Origin: Bacteroidota bacterium
GTDB taxonomy: Bacteria; Bacteroidota; Ignavibacteria; Kapaibacteriales; NICIL-2
Assembly: GCA_046052705.1 (NCBI GenBank)
Contig: JBJOLU010000181.1
Coordinates: forward strand, 1 to 33,797
Length of the DNA stretch: 33,797 nucleotides
Direction: 5' to 3'
A program made the position numbers and the translations under genes. This document shows positions 1 to 9,166 of the stretch, piece by piece. The notes below the pieces were generated by a model. That model searched no databases, was not told the origin of the DNA, and worked only from the letters and a program-made list of their open reading frames with translations. Position 1 is the first letter of the stretch. Each line of letters opens with the position of its first letter.

Positions 1-32
1 GAAAGAAAAGACAAACATCTCTGACGCACATT

Positions 33-374
33 ATGGAATCAAAAGCAATAGCTCGCCACGTACCTACATCGCCGCGTAAAATGCGCCTGGTGATTGATAC
101 GATTCGCGGAAAGTCTGCAGCAGAAGCGCTGACCATTCTTCGCTTCTCGCCGAAGTCTGCATCGAAAGTTGCAGAGATGACTCTTCGCTCAGCCATATCG
201 AATCTGCGCAATAGCGGTGGTTCGTTTGCGAAGGAGGAAGACATGATCGTGAAAGCCGTTCATGTTGATCAAGGAAAAACATTGAAGCGCATTTCGCCGG
301 CTCCTATGGGTCGTGCGTACAAGATTAAAAAGCGCTCGCATCATTTAACAATCGTTGTATCTACTAACGACTAA
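33..374 (+). CDS. rplV: 50S ribosomal protein L22
   Basis: SPRKMRLVIDTIRGK and GRAYKIKKRSHHLTIVV motifs; position before rpsC. Confidence 0.97.
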   Translation: MESKAIARHVPTSPRKMRLVIDTIRGKSAAEALTILRFSPKSASKVAEMTLRSAISNLRNSGGSFAKEEDMIVKAVHVDQGKTLKRISPAPMGRAYKIKKRSHHLTIVVSTND

Positions 375-389
375 TCGCAGGGAGTTCTC

Positions 390-1040
390 TTGGGTCAGAA
401 AACAAATCCGATCGGTCTTCGCCTTGGAATTATCCGTGGCTGGGATGCAAACTGGTTCGAACCGAACAGCATGGCCGACAAGATTGCGGAGGACATGACA
501 GTCCGTTCGTACATCAAAACCAGATTGAAAAAAGCAGGCGTTGCTCGCGTTGTGGTTGAGCGTACGGCAAAGCAAATCCGTATCACCATCCACACATCGA
601 AGCCGGGTGTAATTATCGGTCGCTCCGGTAAAGACATTTCTCAGCTCGAAGAGGAGATGCGTAAGCTCACCACCAAGGACGTGAAGATTCTCATCCACGA
701 GATCAAGCGCCCGGAGCTCGATGCACAACTGGTAGCCGATAATATCGCCAGCCAGCTGGAAGGTCGAGTTGCTTTCCGCCGCGCAATGAAACAAGCGGTG
801 GCAGCATCCACACGATTAGGCGCTGAAGGAATTCGTGTTATGTGTTCAGGTCGTCTTGGCGGCGCGGACATGTCTCGTACCGAGCAGTACAAAGAGGGCC
901 GCGTGCCTCTGCACACCCTTCGTGCAGACATCGATTACGGAACCTCCACTGCACACACAGTATATGGCGCAATCGGTGTGAAAGTTTGGATTTGTAAGGG
1001 CGAAATCATTGGTAAGCCCGTTACACAGGAAAAAGAGTAA
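390..1040 (+). CDS. rpsC: 30S ribosomal protein S3 (TTG start)
   Basis: MGQKTNPIGLRLGI N-terminus, KH motif PGVIIGRSG, GRVPLHTLRADIDY; GGGAG upstream of the TTG. Confidence 0.98.
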   Translation: MGQKTNPIGLRLGIIRGWDANWFEPNSMADKIAEDMTVRSYIKTRLKKAGVARVVVERTAKQIRITIHTSKPGVIIGRSGKDISQLEEEMRKLTTKDVKILIHEIKRPELDAQLVADNIASQLEGRVAFRRAMKQAVAASTRLGAEGIRVMCSGRLGGADMSRTEQYKEGRVPLHTLRADIDYGTSTAHTVYGAIGVKVWICKGEIIGKPVTQEKE

Positions 1041-1075
1041 GAGTTCGATCAGGAACAAAAAGATTAAGGTGAATC

Positions 1076-1498
1076 ATGTTATTACCGAAGAGAGTTAAGC
1101 ACAGAAAAACCCAGCGTGGTCGTCGTTGCGGCAAAGCAATTCGCGGCTCGCAGGTAGCTTTTGGATCATACGGCTTGAAAGCCCTTGATGCAGCGTGGAT
1201 TACGAATCGTCAGATCGAATCAGCGCGTATTGCCATCAACCGTTACCTGAAGCGCGATGGTAAGGTTTGGATCCGGATTTTCCCGGACAAGCCCTACACC
1301 AAGAAACCCGCTGAGGTTCGAATGGGATCCGGAAAGGGTAATCCTGAGGGATGGGTAGCAGTAGTAAAGCCCGGACGCATCATGTTCGAAGTGGACGGTG
1401 TTTCTAAGGAAGCTGCTATGGAAGCTATGCGTTTGGCATCGCACAAACTGCCCATCAAAACAAAATTTGTGACACGCATTGATTTGGTAGAAGTATGA
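1076..1498 (+). CDS. rplP: 50S ribosomal protein L16
   Basis: [29 protein letters not shown]. Confidence 0.98.
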   Translation: MLLPKRVKHRKTQRGRRCGKAIRGSQVAFGSYGLKALDAAWITNRQIESARIAINRYLKRDGKVWIRIFPDKPYTKKPAEVRMGSGKGNPEGWVAVVKPGRIMFEVDGVSKEAAMEAMRLASHKLPIKTKFVTRIDLVEV

Positions 1499-1704
1499 AG
1501 CACAGAAAAGCAAAAGACCTCCGCGACTTAAACGGAGCAGAGTTGGCGATGACTTTGAAAGAAGCAGAAGAGACGCTCGCGAAGCAGCGCTTCCAGCATG
1601 CGCTGAAGCAGCTTCAGGATACCGCGTACCTGCGCATTCTGAAAAAGGATATTGCCCGTATGAAAACTATAATGCAACAACGTTCACTGGAATCGAAAGC
1701 GTAA
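1495..1704 (+). CDS. rpmC: 50S ribosomal protein L29
   Basis: KAKDLRDL...[12 protein letters not shown]; ATGA overlap with rplP. Confidence 0.93.
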   Translation: MKHRKAKDLRDLNGAELAMTLKEAEETLAKQRFQHALKQLQDTAYLRILKKDIARMKTIMQQRSLESKA

Positions 1705-1707
1705 AAC

Positions 1708-2001
1708 ATGGAAACAAATCAAAACCACGGCGAAGCTTCAAAAGATCCGGTTACAAAAGGTAAGAAGATCCGTCAAGGAAAAGTTGTAAGTAACAAGATG
1801 GATAAATCCATCGTTGTGGCAGTAGAGCGCCAGGTAATGCACCCGCTGTACAAGAAGTATTTCCGTCTGACCAAGAAGTTTATGGCTCACGACGAAAACA
1901 ACGATTGCCAGATCGGTGACGTAGTACGCATCGTGGAGTCACGTCCGTTGAGCGCACGCAAGCGTTGGACGTTGCTTGAAGTAGTAGAGCGCGTGCAGTA
2001 A
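1708..2001 (+). CDS. rpsQ: 30S ribosomal protein S17
   Basis: [37 protein letters not shown]. Confidence 0.97.
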   Translation: METNQNHGEASKDPVTKGKKIRQGKVVSNKMDKSIVVAVERQVMHPLYKKYFRLTKKFMAHDENNDCQIGDVVRIVESRPLSARKRWTLLEVVERVQ

Positions 2002-2066
2002 TCGCTTCGGTTAAAGAGTCCGGAACAGTACTTACTGATTGACATTAAACATTTTACGGTACGGTC

Positions 2067-2435
2067 ATGATACAAGAAGAAACAAACCTCATAGTAGCAG
2101 ATAACTCCGGTGCGCGTCGCGTACGCTGCATTCGTATTCTGGGAGGCCACGAGCGCCGTTACGCGTCGGTTGGAGACATTGTAGTAGTATCTGTGAAGCA
2201 GGCACTACCGAACGGTGCGGTTAAAAAGGGCGAGGTATGTAAGGCCGTTATCGTCCGCACAAAGAAGGAGATCGGTCGTCGCGATGGATCGTACATTCGT
2301 TTCGATGAGAATGCGGCAGTAATCCTGAATAATCAGGGCGAACCCCGCGGTACCCGCATTTTCGGACCGGTTGCCCGCGAATTGCGCGAGCGCAACTTTA
2401 TGAAGATCGTCTCGTTAGCACCCGAGGTTATTTAA
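2067..2435 (+). CDS. rplN: 50S ribosomal protein L14
   Basis: [39 protein letters not shown]. Confidence 0.98.
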   Translation: MIQEETNLIVADNSGARRVRCIRILGGHERRYASVGDIVVVSVKQALPNGAVKKGEVCKAVIVRTKKEIGRRDGSYIRFDENAAVILNNQGEPRGTRIFGPVARELRERNFMKIVSLAPEVI

Positions 2436-2470
2436 GCGTAACGACCAAGAATTTGACACCCAGCGAAAGA

Positions 2471-2731
2471 ATGAGTATGAAATTACAGATTAAAAAAGGC
2501 GACATCGTTCAAGTGATTTCCGGTAACGACAAAGGAAACTCCGGACGTGTAATTGACATTGATCGCACCAATCTGCGTGTGGTTGTAGAGGGCATTAACA
2601 TTCGCAAGAAGCATGCACGCCCTTCACAGGCAAACCCTAATGGTGGAATCATTTCTCGCGAAATGCCTATTCATTACTCCAACGTGATGTTGGTAGTGAA
2701 TGGCAAGCCCTCCCGCAAGCGCGGCGAGTAA
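2471..2731 (+). CDS. rplX: 50S ribosomal protein L24, short form (start ATG 2471 or 2477)
   Basis: KOW motif IKKGDIVQVISGNDKG, VVVEGINIRKKH, EMPIHYSNVML. Confidence 0.95.
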   Translation: MSMKLQIKKGDIVQVISGNDKGNSGRVIDIDRTNLRVVVEGINIRKKHARPSQANPNGGIISREMPIHYSNVMLVVNGKPSRKRGE

Positions 2732-2798
2732 GCGTAGAATGATCCGTGGCGAGTAGTTAGCACTAAAAAACGATCAGGAAGTAACTAAAGAGATTATC

Positions 2799-3422
2799 AT
2801 GGCAAAGCAGATAGTAAAGAAGCTTGATTTCAAACCCGAAGGTCCTCGTCAGGACGAAGGTTCGAACGAAAACCTCACACCGCGTCTTGCAACCTTCTAT
2901 AAAGAGCAGGTAGTTCCTGCCCTTATGAAGAAGTTTGAATACAAGTCGGTAATGCAGGTGCCGGTTTTGGAAAAGATTTGCATCAATATCGGTGCAGGTG
3001 CGGCAGCCCAAGATCAAAAGATCGTACAGAGCGCTATCAACGAGCTCGAGCTTATCTCGGGTCAGCGCCCTGCAGTGGCACGTGCCAAGAAGTCGGTAGC
3101 GAACTTCAAGTTGCGTCAGGGCCAACCTATTGGTGTGTACGTAACCTTGCGCCGCGCTCGTATGTACGAATTCCTGGATCGTTTCATCAACATCGCTTCG
3201 CCCCGTGTACGTGACTTCCGCGGATACTCTGACAAGAGCTTTGATGGTCGCGGCAACTACACGCTCGGTATTAAAGAGCAGATTATTTTCCCTGAAATCG
3301 ACGTTGACAAGATCAACAAGATTGCGGGCATGGATATCACGTTTGTAACATCGGCTCACACCGACGAAGAAGCAGGAGCAATGCTTCGCGAATTTGGTTT
3401 CCCCTTTACCCGTTCCAACTAA
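2799..3422 (+). CDS. rplE: 50S ribosomal protein L5 with N-terminal extension
   Basis: [43 protein letters not shown]. Confidence 0.98.
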   Translation: MAKQIVKKLDFKPEGPRQDEGSNENLTPRLATFYKEQVVPALMKKFEYKSVMQVPVLEKICINIGAGAAAQDQKIVQSAINELELISGQRPAVARAKKSVANFKLRQGQPIGVYVTLRRARMYEFLDRFINIASPRVRDFRGYSDKSFDGRGNYTLGIKEQIIFPEIDVDKINKIAGMDITFVTSAHTDEEAGAMLREFGFPFTRSN

Positions 3423-3446
3423 GATTCACAGTAATACTGAATACTC

Positions 3447-3716
3447 ATGGCTACAACAGCTGTCGTCGCTCGTAATGATAAACGCAAACGTCTCGTTGAA
3501 AAGTATGCTGAAAAGCGTGCTGCTCTCAAAGAGGCCGGTGACTACGATGCATTGCAAAAACTTCCCCGCAACAGCATGCCTACACGTCTGCGTAACCGCT
3601 GCGTGTTAACAGGCAGAGGTCGCGGAGTGTACCGCAAATACGGTTTGTGCCGTAACAAACTTCGTGAACTGGCTCTGGAAGGTAAGATTCCCGGAGTTAG
3701 AAAAGCGAGCTGGTAA
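3447..3716 (+). CDS. rpsN: 30S ribosomal protein S14 (89-aa, non-zinc-ribbon type)
   Basis: [25 protein letters not shown]...[11 protein letters not shown]. Confidence 0.97.
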   Translation: MATTAVVARNDKRKRLVEKYAEKRAALKEAGDYDALQKLPRNSMPTRLRNRCVLTGRGRGVYRKYGLCRNKLRELALEGKIPGVRKASW

Positions 3717-3742
3717 GGTTTTTCCTGTCAGGGGAAACTTTT
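3715..3742 (+). terminator. Weak hairpin with short U-run directly after rpsN (possible terminator or attenuator)
   Basis: GTTTTTCCT-gtc-AGGGGAAAC stem with two G-U pairs, followed by TTTT. Confidence 0.4.
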
Positions 3743-3766
3743 CCACCGTTATTCACGGCTGTTCCG

Positions 3767-3774
3767 TATCTTTG
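3767..3774 (+). promoter_or_regulatory. Bacteroidota-type -7 promoter element (TAnnTTTG) upstream of rpsH
   Basis: TATCTTTG is an exact match in a 234-bp intergenic gap; no clear -33 TTTG seen. Confidence 0.45.
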
Positions 3775-3837
3775 TGGCCCCTCGCGCACGGCGCCGGGAA
3801 ACAGCGTTACGGAACGCACACAACATAGAAAGCGAAG

Positions 3838-3943
3838 AGTTCAAACTATACCGGAGCGTCAGACAGACGTGGGGTCTGAAACGACCGGTAGGCGAGAGGT
3901 AATCTCGCGTTAGCTGAATCCACGGAATTTTCTCTATTGAACT
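3838..3943 (+). ncRNA. Structured rpsH leader with a 16S h21-like S8-binding site (candidate ribosomal protein leader)
   Basis: Stems AGTTCAA/TTGAACT, TACCGG/CCGGTA, TCAGAC/GTCTGA and GCGAGA/TCTCGC; GCGTCAGA...TCTGAAACG core resembles 16S nt 595-602/636-644. Confidence 0.6.
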
Positions 3944-3950
3944 ATCACTT

Positions 3951-4346
3951 ATGCCAGTTTCCGATACGATTGGTGACTTCCTCACACGTCTGCGTAATGG
4001 TCAGCGTGCCAAGCACAAGACTGTTGACGCGCCTGCAAGCAAGATCAAAGAATCCATAGCAGCCATCCTCAAAGATCAAGGTTTCATCGCTGATTACGAG
4101 CGCATTAATGATAACGTTCAGGGTACACTTCGTGTGCGCCTTCGCTATCACAATGGTGCACCCGCCATTCGTGAGGTGAAGCGTATCAGCCGTCCGGGTA
4201 TCCGTAGCTATGCCGGTGCAGAAGATCTGCCTAAGGTATACAACGGTCTGGGCATTGCAATTATCTCTACATCGCAAGGTCTTATGACCGACAAGCAGGC
4301 TCGCCAAAAAGGTATTGGCGGGGAAGTGCTTTGCACCCTGTGGTAA
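3951..4346 (+). CDS. rpsH: 30S ribosomal protein S8
   Basis: DTIGDFLTRLRNG, RISRPGIRSY, GLGIAIISTSQGLMTD, GGEVLC. Confidence 0.98.
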   Translation: MPVSDTIGDFLTRLRNGQRAKHKTVDAPASKIKESIAAILKDQGFIADYERINDNVQGTLRVRLRYHNGAPAIREVKRISRPGIRSYAGAEDLPKVYNGLGIAIISTSQGLMTDKQARQKGIGGEVLCTLW

Positions 4347-4407
4347 GAGTGAGCGCTAGTGTAGTGTCTGCATGATTTATTTACGTTGAAACAATTACAG
4401 AGCAGTT

Positions 4408-4947
4408 ATGTCACGAGTTGGAAAAAAAGTTCTTGTCATTCCTAACGGTGTTCAGTTTTCATTGAACGCGGGATTGGTCAAGGTAAAAGGACCCAAAGGC
4501 GAGCTTCAATTCCAAATACCGGAAGGTATTTCTTGCCACCAGGAGGGAACATCCGTAACCTTTAGTCGCGAAAGCGATCACAAGAAGGTACGCGCTCTTC
4601 ATGGTATGACAAGAGCAGCTATTGCCAACATGGTGGAAGGCGTAGCCAACGGATTTACCAGAAACATGGCCGTTGTAGGCGTTGGTTTCAAGGTGGAAGT
4701 GAAGAGCAATAAGCTTATCATGACCGTTGGATACTCACACCCTGTGATGATCATTCCGCCTGCAGGTATTGAGTTTACTGTATCGTCTCCCACTCAGTTC
4801 GCCGTGAAGGGTCACGACAAGCAGTTGGTAGGTGAGATTGCCGCAAAGATTCGCTCGGTACGTCCGCCTGAACCGTACAAGGGTAAGGGTGTGCAGTATG
4901 AAGGTGAATATATCCGTCGCAAGGCAGGTAAGGCAGCAGGTAAGTAA
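4408..4947 (+). CDS. rplF: 50S ribosomal protein L6
   Basis: MSRVGKK, VKGPKGEL, RPPEPYKGKGV, RRKAGK. Confidence 0.98.
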   Translation: MSRVGKKVLVIPNGVQFSLNAGLVKVKGPKGELQFQIPEGISCHQEGTSVTFSRESDHKKVRALHGMTRAAIANMVEGVANGFTRNMAVVGVGFKVEVKSNKLIMTVGYSHPVMIIPPAGIEFTVSSPTQFAVKGHDKQLVGEIAAKIRSVRPPEPYKGKGVQYEGEYIRRKAGKAAGK

Positions 4948-5005
4948 TCGCGGTAATTAAGGTGTTTGTTAATAGGTAACGAAAAAATCGATAGGTCAAA
5001 GAGTT

Positions 5006-5365
5006 ATGAGTAAGAAAAACAAGATTGTACGGAGAACACGTCGTTCCAAGGGTATTCGCAAGAATATTCACGGAGATGCTCTTCGCCCGCGTTTAACAGT
5101 GTTTCGTTCTTTGAAGCACATTTATGCTCAGATCATCGACGATGACAAGAAGCAAACCATTGCTGCGGCTTCATCTCTGGACAAAGAGATTGCTACCGCC
5201 GGAACATCGAAAGGTGACGTAAGCAAGTTGGTTGGTGCTCTCTTGGCTAAAAGAGCTGTGGCAGCAAGCGTACAGACAGTAGCATTTGACCGCAACGGGT
5301 TCCTCTATCACGGACGCATTAAGGCTTTGGCTGAGGGTGCACGTGAGGGCGGACTTTCGTTTTAA
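5006..5365 (+). CDS. rplR: 50S ribosomal protein L18
   Basis: [44 protein letters not shown]. Confidence 0.98.
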   Translation: MSKKNKIVRRTRRSKGIRKNIHGDALRPRLTVFRSLKHIYAQIIDDDKKQTIAAASSLDKEIATAGTSKGDVSKLVGALLAKRAVAASVQTVAFDRNGFLYHGRIKALAEGAREGGLSF

Positions 5366-5406
5366 TCACTGAAGTAATAAACGACAATAATTGTGTAGGA
5401 GTTTTA

Positions 5407-5910
5407 GTGGCGAAGTTTAAAATATCCGAGCTGAATCTTAAGGACAAACTTGTAAACGTTGGTCGTACCGCGAAGGTGGTAAAAGGTGGACGTCGTTTCA
5501 ACTTTTCCGCAATCGTCGTTGTAGGAGACGGCCAGGGACATATTGGTTATGGTCTTGGTAAAGCCGGTGAGGTTGTAGATGCGGTACAAAAAGCAACGGA
5601 TGCAGCAAAGAAGGCTGTAGTTCAAGTTCGCTTGCAAGGTACCACCATCCCTCACGAAGTGTTCTCCAAGTACGGCTCTGCGAAGATTCTTCTTCGTCCG
5701 GCAGCTCCCGGTACAGGCGTTATCGCTTCCGGTGGTGTTCGTGCGGTACTCGAGTTGGCCGGCGTTCAGGACGTTTTGACCAAGTCTTTGGGATCGTCAA
5801 ATCCTCACAATGTTGTAAAGGCAACTATTGCAGCTCTTGAAGCATTGGAAGATGCTCAAACGGTAGCGCAACGCCGCGGTATCTCAGTTGAAAAAGTAGT
5901 TCGCGGTTAA
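5407..5910 (+). CDS. rpsE: 30S ribosomal protein S5 (GTG start)
   Basis: [44 protein letters not shown]; AGGAG upstream. Confidence 0.98.
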   Translation: MAKFKISELNLKDKLVNVGRTAKVVKGGRRFNFSAIVVVGDGQGHIGYGLGKAGEVVDAVQKATDAAKKAVVQVRLQGTTIPHEVFSKYGSAKILLRPAAPGTGVIASGGVRAVLELAGVQDVLTKSLGSSNPHNVVKATIAALEALEDAQTVAQRRGISVEKVVRG

Positions 5911-5944
5911 TTAAGTAAAACGAACGTATCCATCGGACGAAATC

Positions 5945-6130
5945 ATGGCAAAGATCAAGATTACTCAAGTAAAAAGTGTTATCGACAGACTGGAAAAGCA
6001 AAAGCGTACAATGAAGGCGCTTGGCTTGGGCCGTCCGAACTACACCGTTGTTCAAGAAAAAAATGCTCAGATTCTTGGCATGATCAACGTTGTAAAGCAT
6101 TTAGTTAAAGTAGAAGAAATAGGAAACTAA
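5945..6130 (+). CDS. rpmD: 50S ribosomal protein L30
   Basis: IKITQVKSVI...ALGL...GMINVVKHLVKVEE. Confidence 0.96.
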   Translation: MAKIKITQVKSVIDRLEKQKRTMKALGLGRPNYTVVQEKNAQILGMINVVKHLVKVEEIGN

Positions 6131-6131
6131 T

Positions 6132-6590
6132 ATGAAGCATATAGGAAATCTCCGGTACGCGGAAGGCTCACGTAAAGCAAAGAAGCGCATTGGTCGCGGT
6201 GCAGGTTCGGGTCACGGTGGAACATCCACACGTGGTCATAAGGGCCACCAGTCACGTGCGAACCATACCTTCAAGCGTAACTTCGAGGGTGGCCAAATGC
6301 CGCTCAGTCGTCGCATTCCTAAATTCGGTTTTACCAATATCTTCAGAGTTGAGTATCAAACCGTCAACCTTGCTCGCGTTCAGGAATTGATCGCAGAGAA
6401 TCGTTTGAGCGGCGCGATCACACCGGAGTCGTTATACGCAGCCGGTGCTATTTCGAAGAAGACGCAACCTGTAAAGATCCTTGGTAACGGAGAGATCACA
6501 ACCGCTGTGACCATCTCGGCACACGGTTTCTCGGAAACAGCTAAACAAAAAATCGAAAAGGCCGGAGGAACGGCGAACATCCATGGCTAA
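6132..6590 (+). CDS. rplO: 50S ribosomal protein L15
   Basis: RIGRGAGSGHGGTSTRGHKG, FEGGQMPL.RRIPKFGF. Confidence 0.98.
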   Translation: MKHIGNLRYAEGSRKAKKRIGRGAGSGHGGTSTRGHKGHQSRANHTFKRNFEGGQMPLSRRIPKFGFTNIFRVEYQTVNLARVQELIAENRLSGAITPESLYAAGAISKKTQPVKILGNGEITTAVTISAHGFSETAKQKIEKAGGTANIHG

Positions 6591-7950
6591 TTTCATCGAA
6601 ACAACAAAAAACATCTTCCGTATAGAGGAACTGCGTAAGCGGATCGTCTTTACGGTGCTTATGCTCATTGTGGTGCGCGTTGGTGCGCATGTGTCACTTC
6701 CGGGTATCGATGTGCAAGCTCTGCAATCTTCCAATGCATCAGGCGATGCTAACGGGTTGTTTGGTTTGTATGACATGTTCGTAGGTGGTGCATTCTCCAA
6801 TGCCGCCGTATTTGCAATGGGTATCATGCCGTACATCTCGGCTTCGATCGTACTGCAGTTGGCTGCAGTATTCGTACCGCAAATTGCCAGAATGCAGAAG
6901 GAAGGCGAAGAGGGAAGACGTCGCATTAATCAGTGGACAAGATTTCTAACCGTTGGTATTGCTGCATTGCAGGCTATTGGTTTGAGCATCAAGCTGAATG
7001 CACAGACTGCAGCTGATACTGCCAAGGTCGTCATGATCGATGGCCCTCTGTTCACGCTTACTGCGGTGACCTTGCTCACAGCCGGTACCATGTTTCTTAT
7101 GTGGATTGGAGAGCAAATCACGGAGCGCGGTCTTGGTAACGGTATCTCGTTGATCATTTTTATCGGTATTATTTCTCGTTTGCCCGTTGCTGTTCAGAAC
7201 GAAATTTTATTGATCGGGTCAGGACGTAATGTTGCAATAGACGTCATTCTTTTAGCGTTCCTCGGAGTGATTATTGCATCGGTTGTATTGATTACACAGG
7301 GTGCCAGACGCATACCGGTTCAATATGCCAAGCGCGTTGAAGGTCGTAAACAATATGGTGGCCACACCACATATATACCGTTGCGAGTTAATACTGCGGG
7401 TGTAATGCCAATCATTTTTGCTTCAGCAATTCTCTTTATTCCCAGCACCATTTCGAGCTTCTTCCCCGAAAGCGCTGCGTTGATGAAGGTGGCGAAACTA
7501 TTTAGCGATCGTTCTGTTGTGTATGCTTTAGTGTACGGTCTATCGATTGTATTCTTTACGTACTTCTATACAGCAATTGCGTTTAACCCACGTCAAACTG
7601 CCGAGGAACTCAAGCGCGCTCAAGGCTTTATTCCCGGTGTACGTCCCGGACAGCCCACTGCTGAGTACTTCGATCATATTCTAACTCGCATTACATTGCC
7701 AGGCGCAATTTTCCTTGCGATCATCGCATTGTTGCCTGTTTTTGTGACAAACGTTTTGAATGTTCCGTACTCTTTTGCTCAGTTCTTTGGTGGTACAAGC
7801 TTGCTGATTATCGTAGGTGTAGCACTTGATACGCTTCAACAAATTGAGTCGTACCTGTTAATGCGTCACTACGATGGATTTATGAAGAGTGGTAAGATTC
7901 AAGGTCGCGGTATGGCTTCGAATCAACAGCGTGTTGGTAGCGGTTTCTAA
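6583..7950 (+). CDS. secY: Preprotein translocase subunit SecY
   Basis: GIMPYISASIV, GEQITERGLGNGISLII, AGVMPIIFAS, FIPGVRPG, GGTSLLIIVGVALDT. Confidence 0.99.
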   Translation: MANFIETTKNIFRIEELRKRIVFTVLMLIVVRVGAHVSLPGIDVQALQSSNASGDANGLFGLYDMFVGGAFSNAAVFAMGIMPYISASIVLQLAAVFVPQIARMQKEGEEGRRRINQWTRFLTVGIAALQAIGLSIKLNAQTAADTAKVVMIDGPLFTLTAVTLLTAGTMFLMWIGEQITERGLGNGISLIIFIGIISRLPVAVQNEILLIGSGRNVAIDVILLAFLGVIIASVVLITQGARRIPVQYAKRVEGRKQYGGHTTYIPLRVNTAGVMPIIFASAILFIPSTISSFFPESAALMKVAKLFSDRSVVYALVYGLSIVFFTYFYTAIAFNPRQTAEELKRAQGFIPGVRPGQPTAEYFDHILTRITLPGAIFLAIIALLPVFVTNVLNVPYSFAQFFGGTSLLIIVGVALDTLQQIESYLLMRHYDGFMKSGKIQGRGMASNQQRVGSGF

Positions 7951-7985
7951 TCAATGATCATCAAAGCGCCGCAAGGCGTATTGAA

Positions 7986-8786
7986 ATGAATCCGGTACAA
8001 GCACCAGCTTTGAAAATTAAAAAGGATATTGATCGAATTGCGGAAGCTTGTCGATTGGTTTCGGAAACTTTGGCTCTGATTGGAAAGAGCATTGCTCCCG
8101 GAATGACGACGCTGGAACTCGATACAATAGCCGAAGATTTTATCCGATCGAACAATGCAGAACCTGCGTTCAAAGGATATGGCGGACACGGCGGAAGCCC
8201 GGCGTTTCCTTATACATTGTGTGTGTCCATAGACGAAGAAGTTGTTCACGGAATGCCTTCATCGCGAAAGCTCAAAGAAGGTCAAATCGTCTCCGTCGAT
8301 TGCGGAGTGAAAAAAGAAGGTTTTTTCGGAGATAGTGCTTTCACCTTTGGTATTGGTGAAATTGGTCCCGAGAAACAACGATTGCTTGATGTAACGCGCC
8401 AGGCCTTAGATCTTGGAGTGGAACAGGCGATAACCGGCAATACCAATTATGATATTGCCAAAGCAGTTCAAACACACGTGGAGAAACATAAGTTTTCCTG
8501 TGTGCGCGATCTGGTCGGTCACGGAGTGGGAGAGGAGCTTCACATGGAGCCTTGTATTCCAAACTTCGTTCCGGGTCTTTTACAACGTAACCGCTATCCA
8601 AAAGCGCAGCTTGAGCAGGGAATGACTATCGCCATAGAGCCTATGGTAAATATGGGGTCCTTCTTGGTGCAAACAGCTCGCGACGGTTGGACGGTGTTTA
8701 CATCGGACGGACGGCCGTCTGCACATTTTGAACACACGGTGATGGTCGATAACGGCACCCCGAGAGTGTTGACGTTTTTTTCTTAA
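7986..8786 (+). CDS. map: Methionine aminopeptidase type I
   Basis: EEVVHGMP, SVDCG...GFFGDSA, LVGHGVG..LH, IAIEPM, SAHFEHTV. Confidence 0.97.
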   Translation: MNPVQAPALKIKKDIDRIAEACRLVSETLALIGKSIAPGMTTLELDTIAEDFIRSNNAEPAFKGYGGHGGSPAFPYTLCVSIDEEVVHGMPSSRKLKEGQIVSVDCGVKKEGFFGDSAFTFGIGEIGPEKQRLLDVTRQALDLGVEQAITGNTNYDIAKAVQTHVEKHKFSCVRDLVGHGVGEELHMEPCIPNFVPGLLQRNRYPKAQLEQGMTIAIEPMVNMGSFLVQTARDGWTVFTSDGRPSAHFEHTVMVDNGTPRVLTFFS

Positions 8787-8795
8787 TTGTTGACT

Positions 8796-9014
8796 ATGCC
8801 CAAACAAGATCTTATCAAAGTAGACGGTGTGATTGAGGAAGTACTTCCCAATACCCAGTTCATCGTCAAGCTTGATAATGGTCATAAGGTGTTGGCTCAT
8901 ATCAGCGGCAAAATGAGAATGAACTTCATCAAGATTCTTGCCGGCGACAAGGTAACGGTGGAACTATCCCCGTACGATTTGTCTAAAGGGCGCATTACCT
9001 ACAGATTTAAATAA
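8796..9014 (+). CDS. infA: Translation initiation factor IF-1
   Basis: [49 protein letters not shown]; ATG 8796 gives the usual 72 aa. Confidence 0.98.
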   Translation: MPKQDLIKVDGVIEEVLPNTQFIVKLDNGHKVLAHISGKMRMNFIKILAGDKVTVELSPYDLSKGRITYRFK

Positions 9015-9040
9015 GCAATTCATTTTTTCGGAATAGAGAT

Positions 9041-9157
9041 ATGAAAGTTCAAGCATCGGTAAAGAAACGTGATCCCAACGACAAAATCGTTCGTCGTAAA
9101 GGTCGCGTGTACGTTATCAACAAGAAAAATCCACGAATGAAACAGCGTCAAGGCTAA
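9041..9157 (+). CDS. rpmJ: 50S ribosomal protein L36, cysteine-free (not in the ORF track)
   Basis: Manual translation [38 protein letters not shown]; lies between infA and rpsM. Confidence 0.96.
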   Translation: MKVQASVKKRDPNDKIVRRKGRVYVINKKNPRMKQRQG

Positions 9158-9166
9158 GGAGATTCA

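Noticed and set aside
1-24. Possible 3' end of rpsS (ERKDKHL*)
   Set aside because: The position fits, but seven codons are too few to support a call
7950-7986. adk absent between secY and map
   Set aside because: secY-map-infA is a common arrangement in this group
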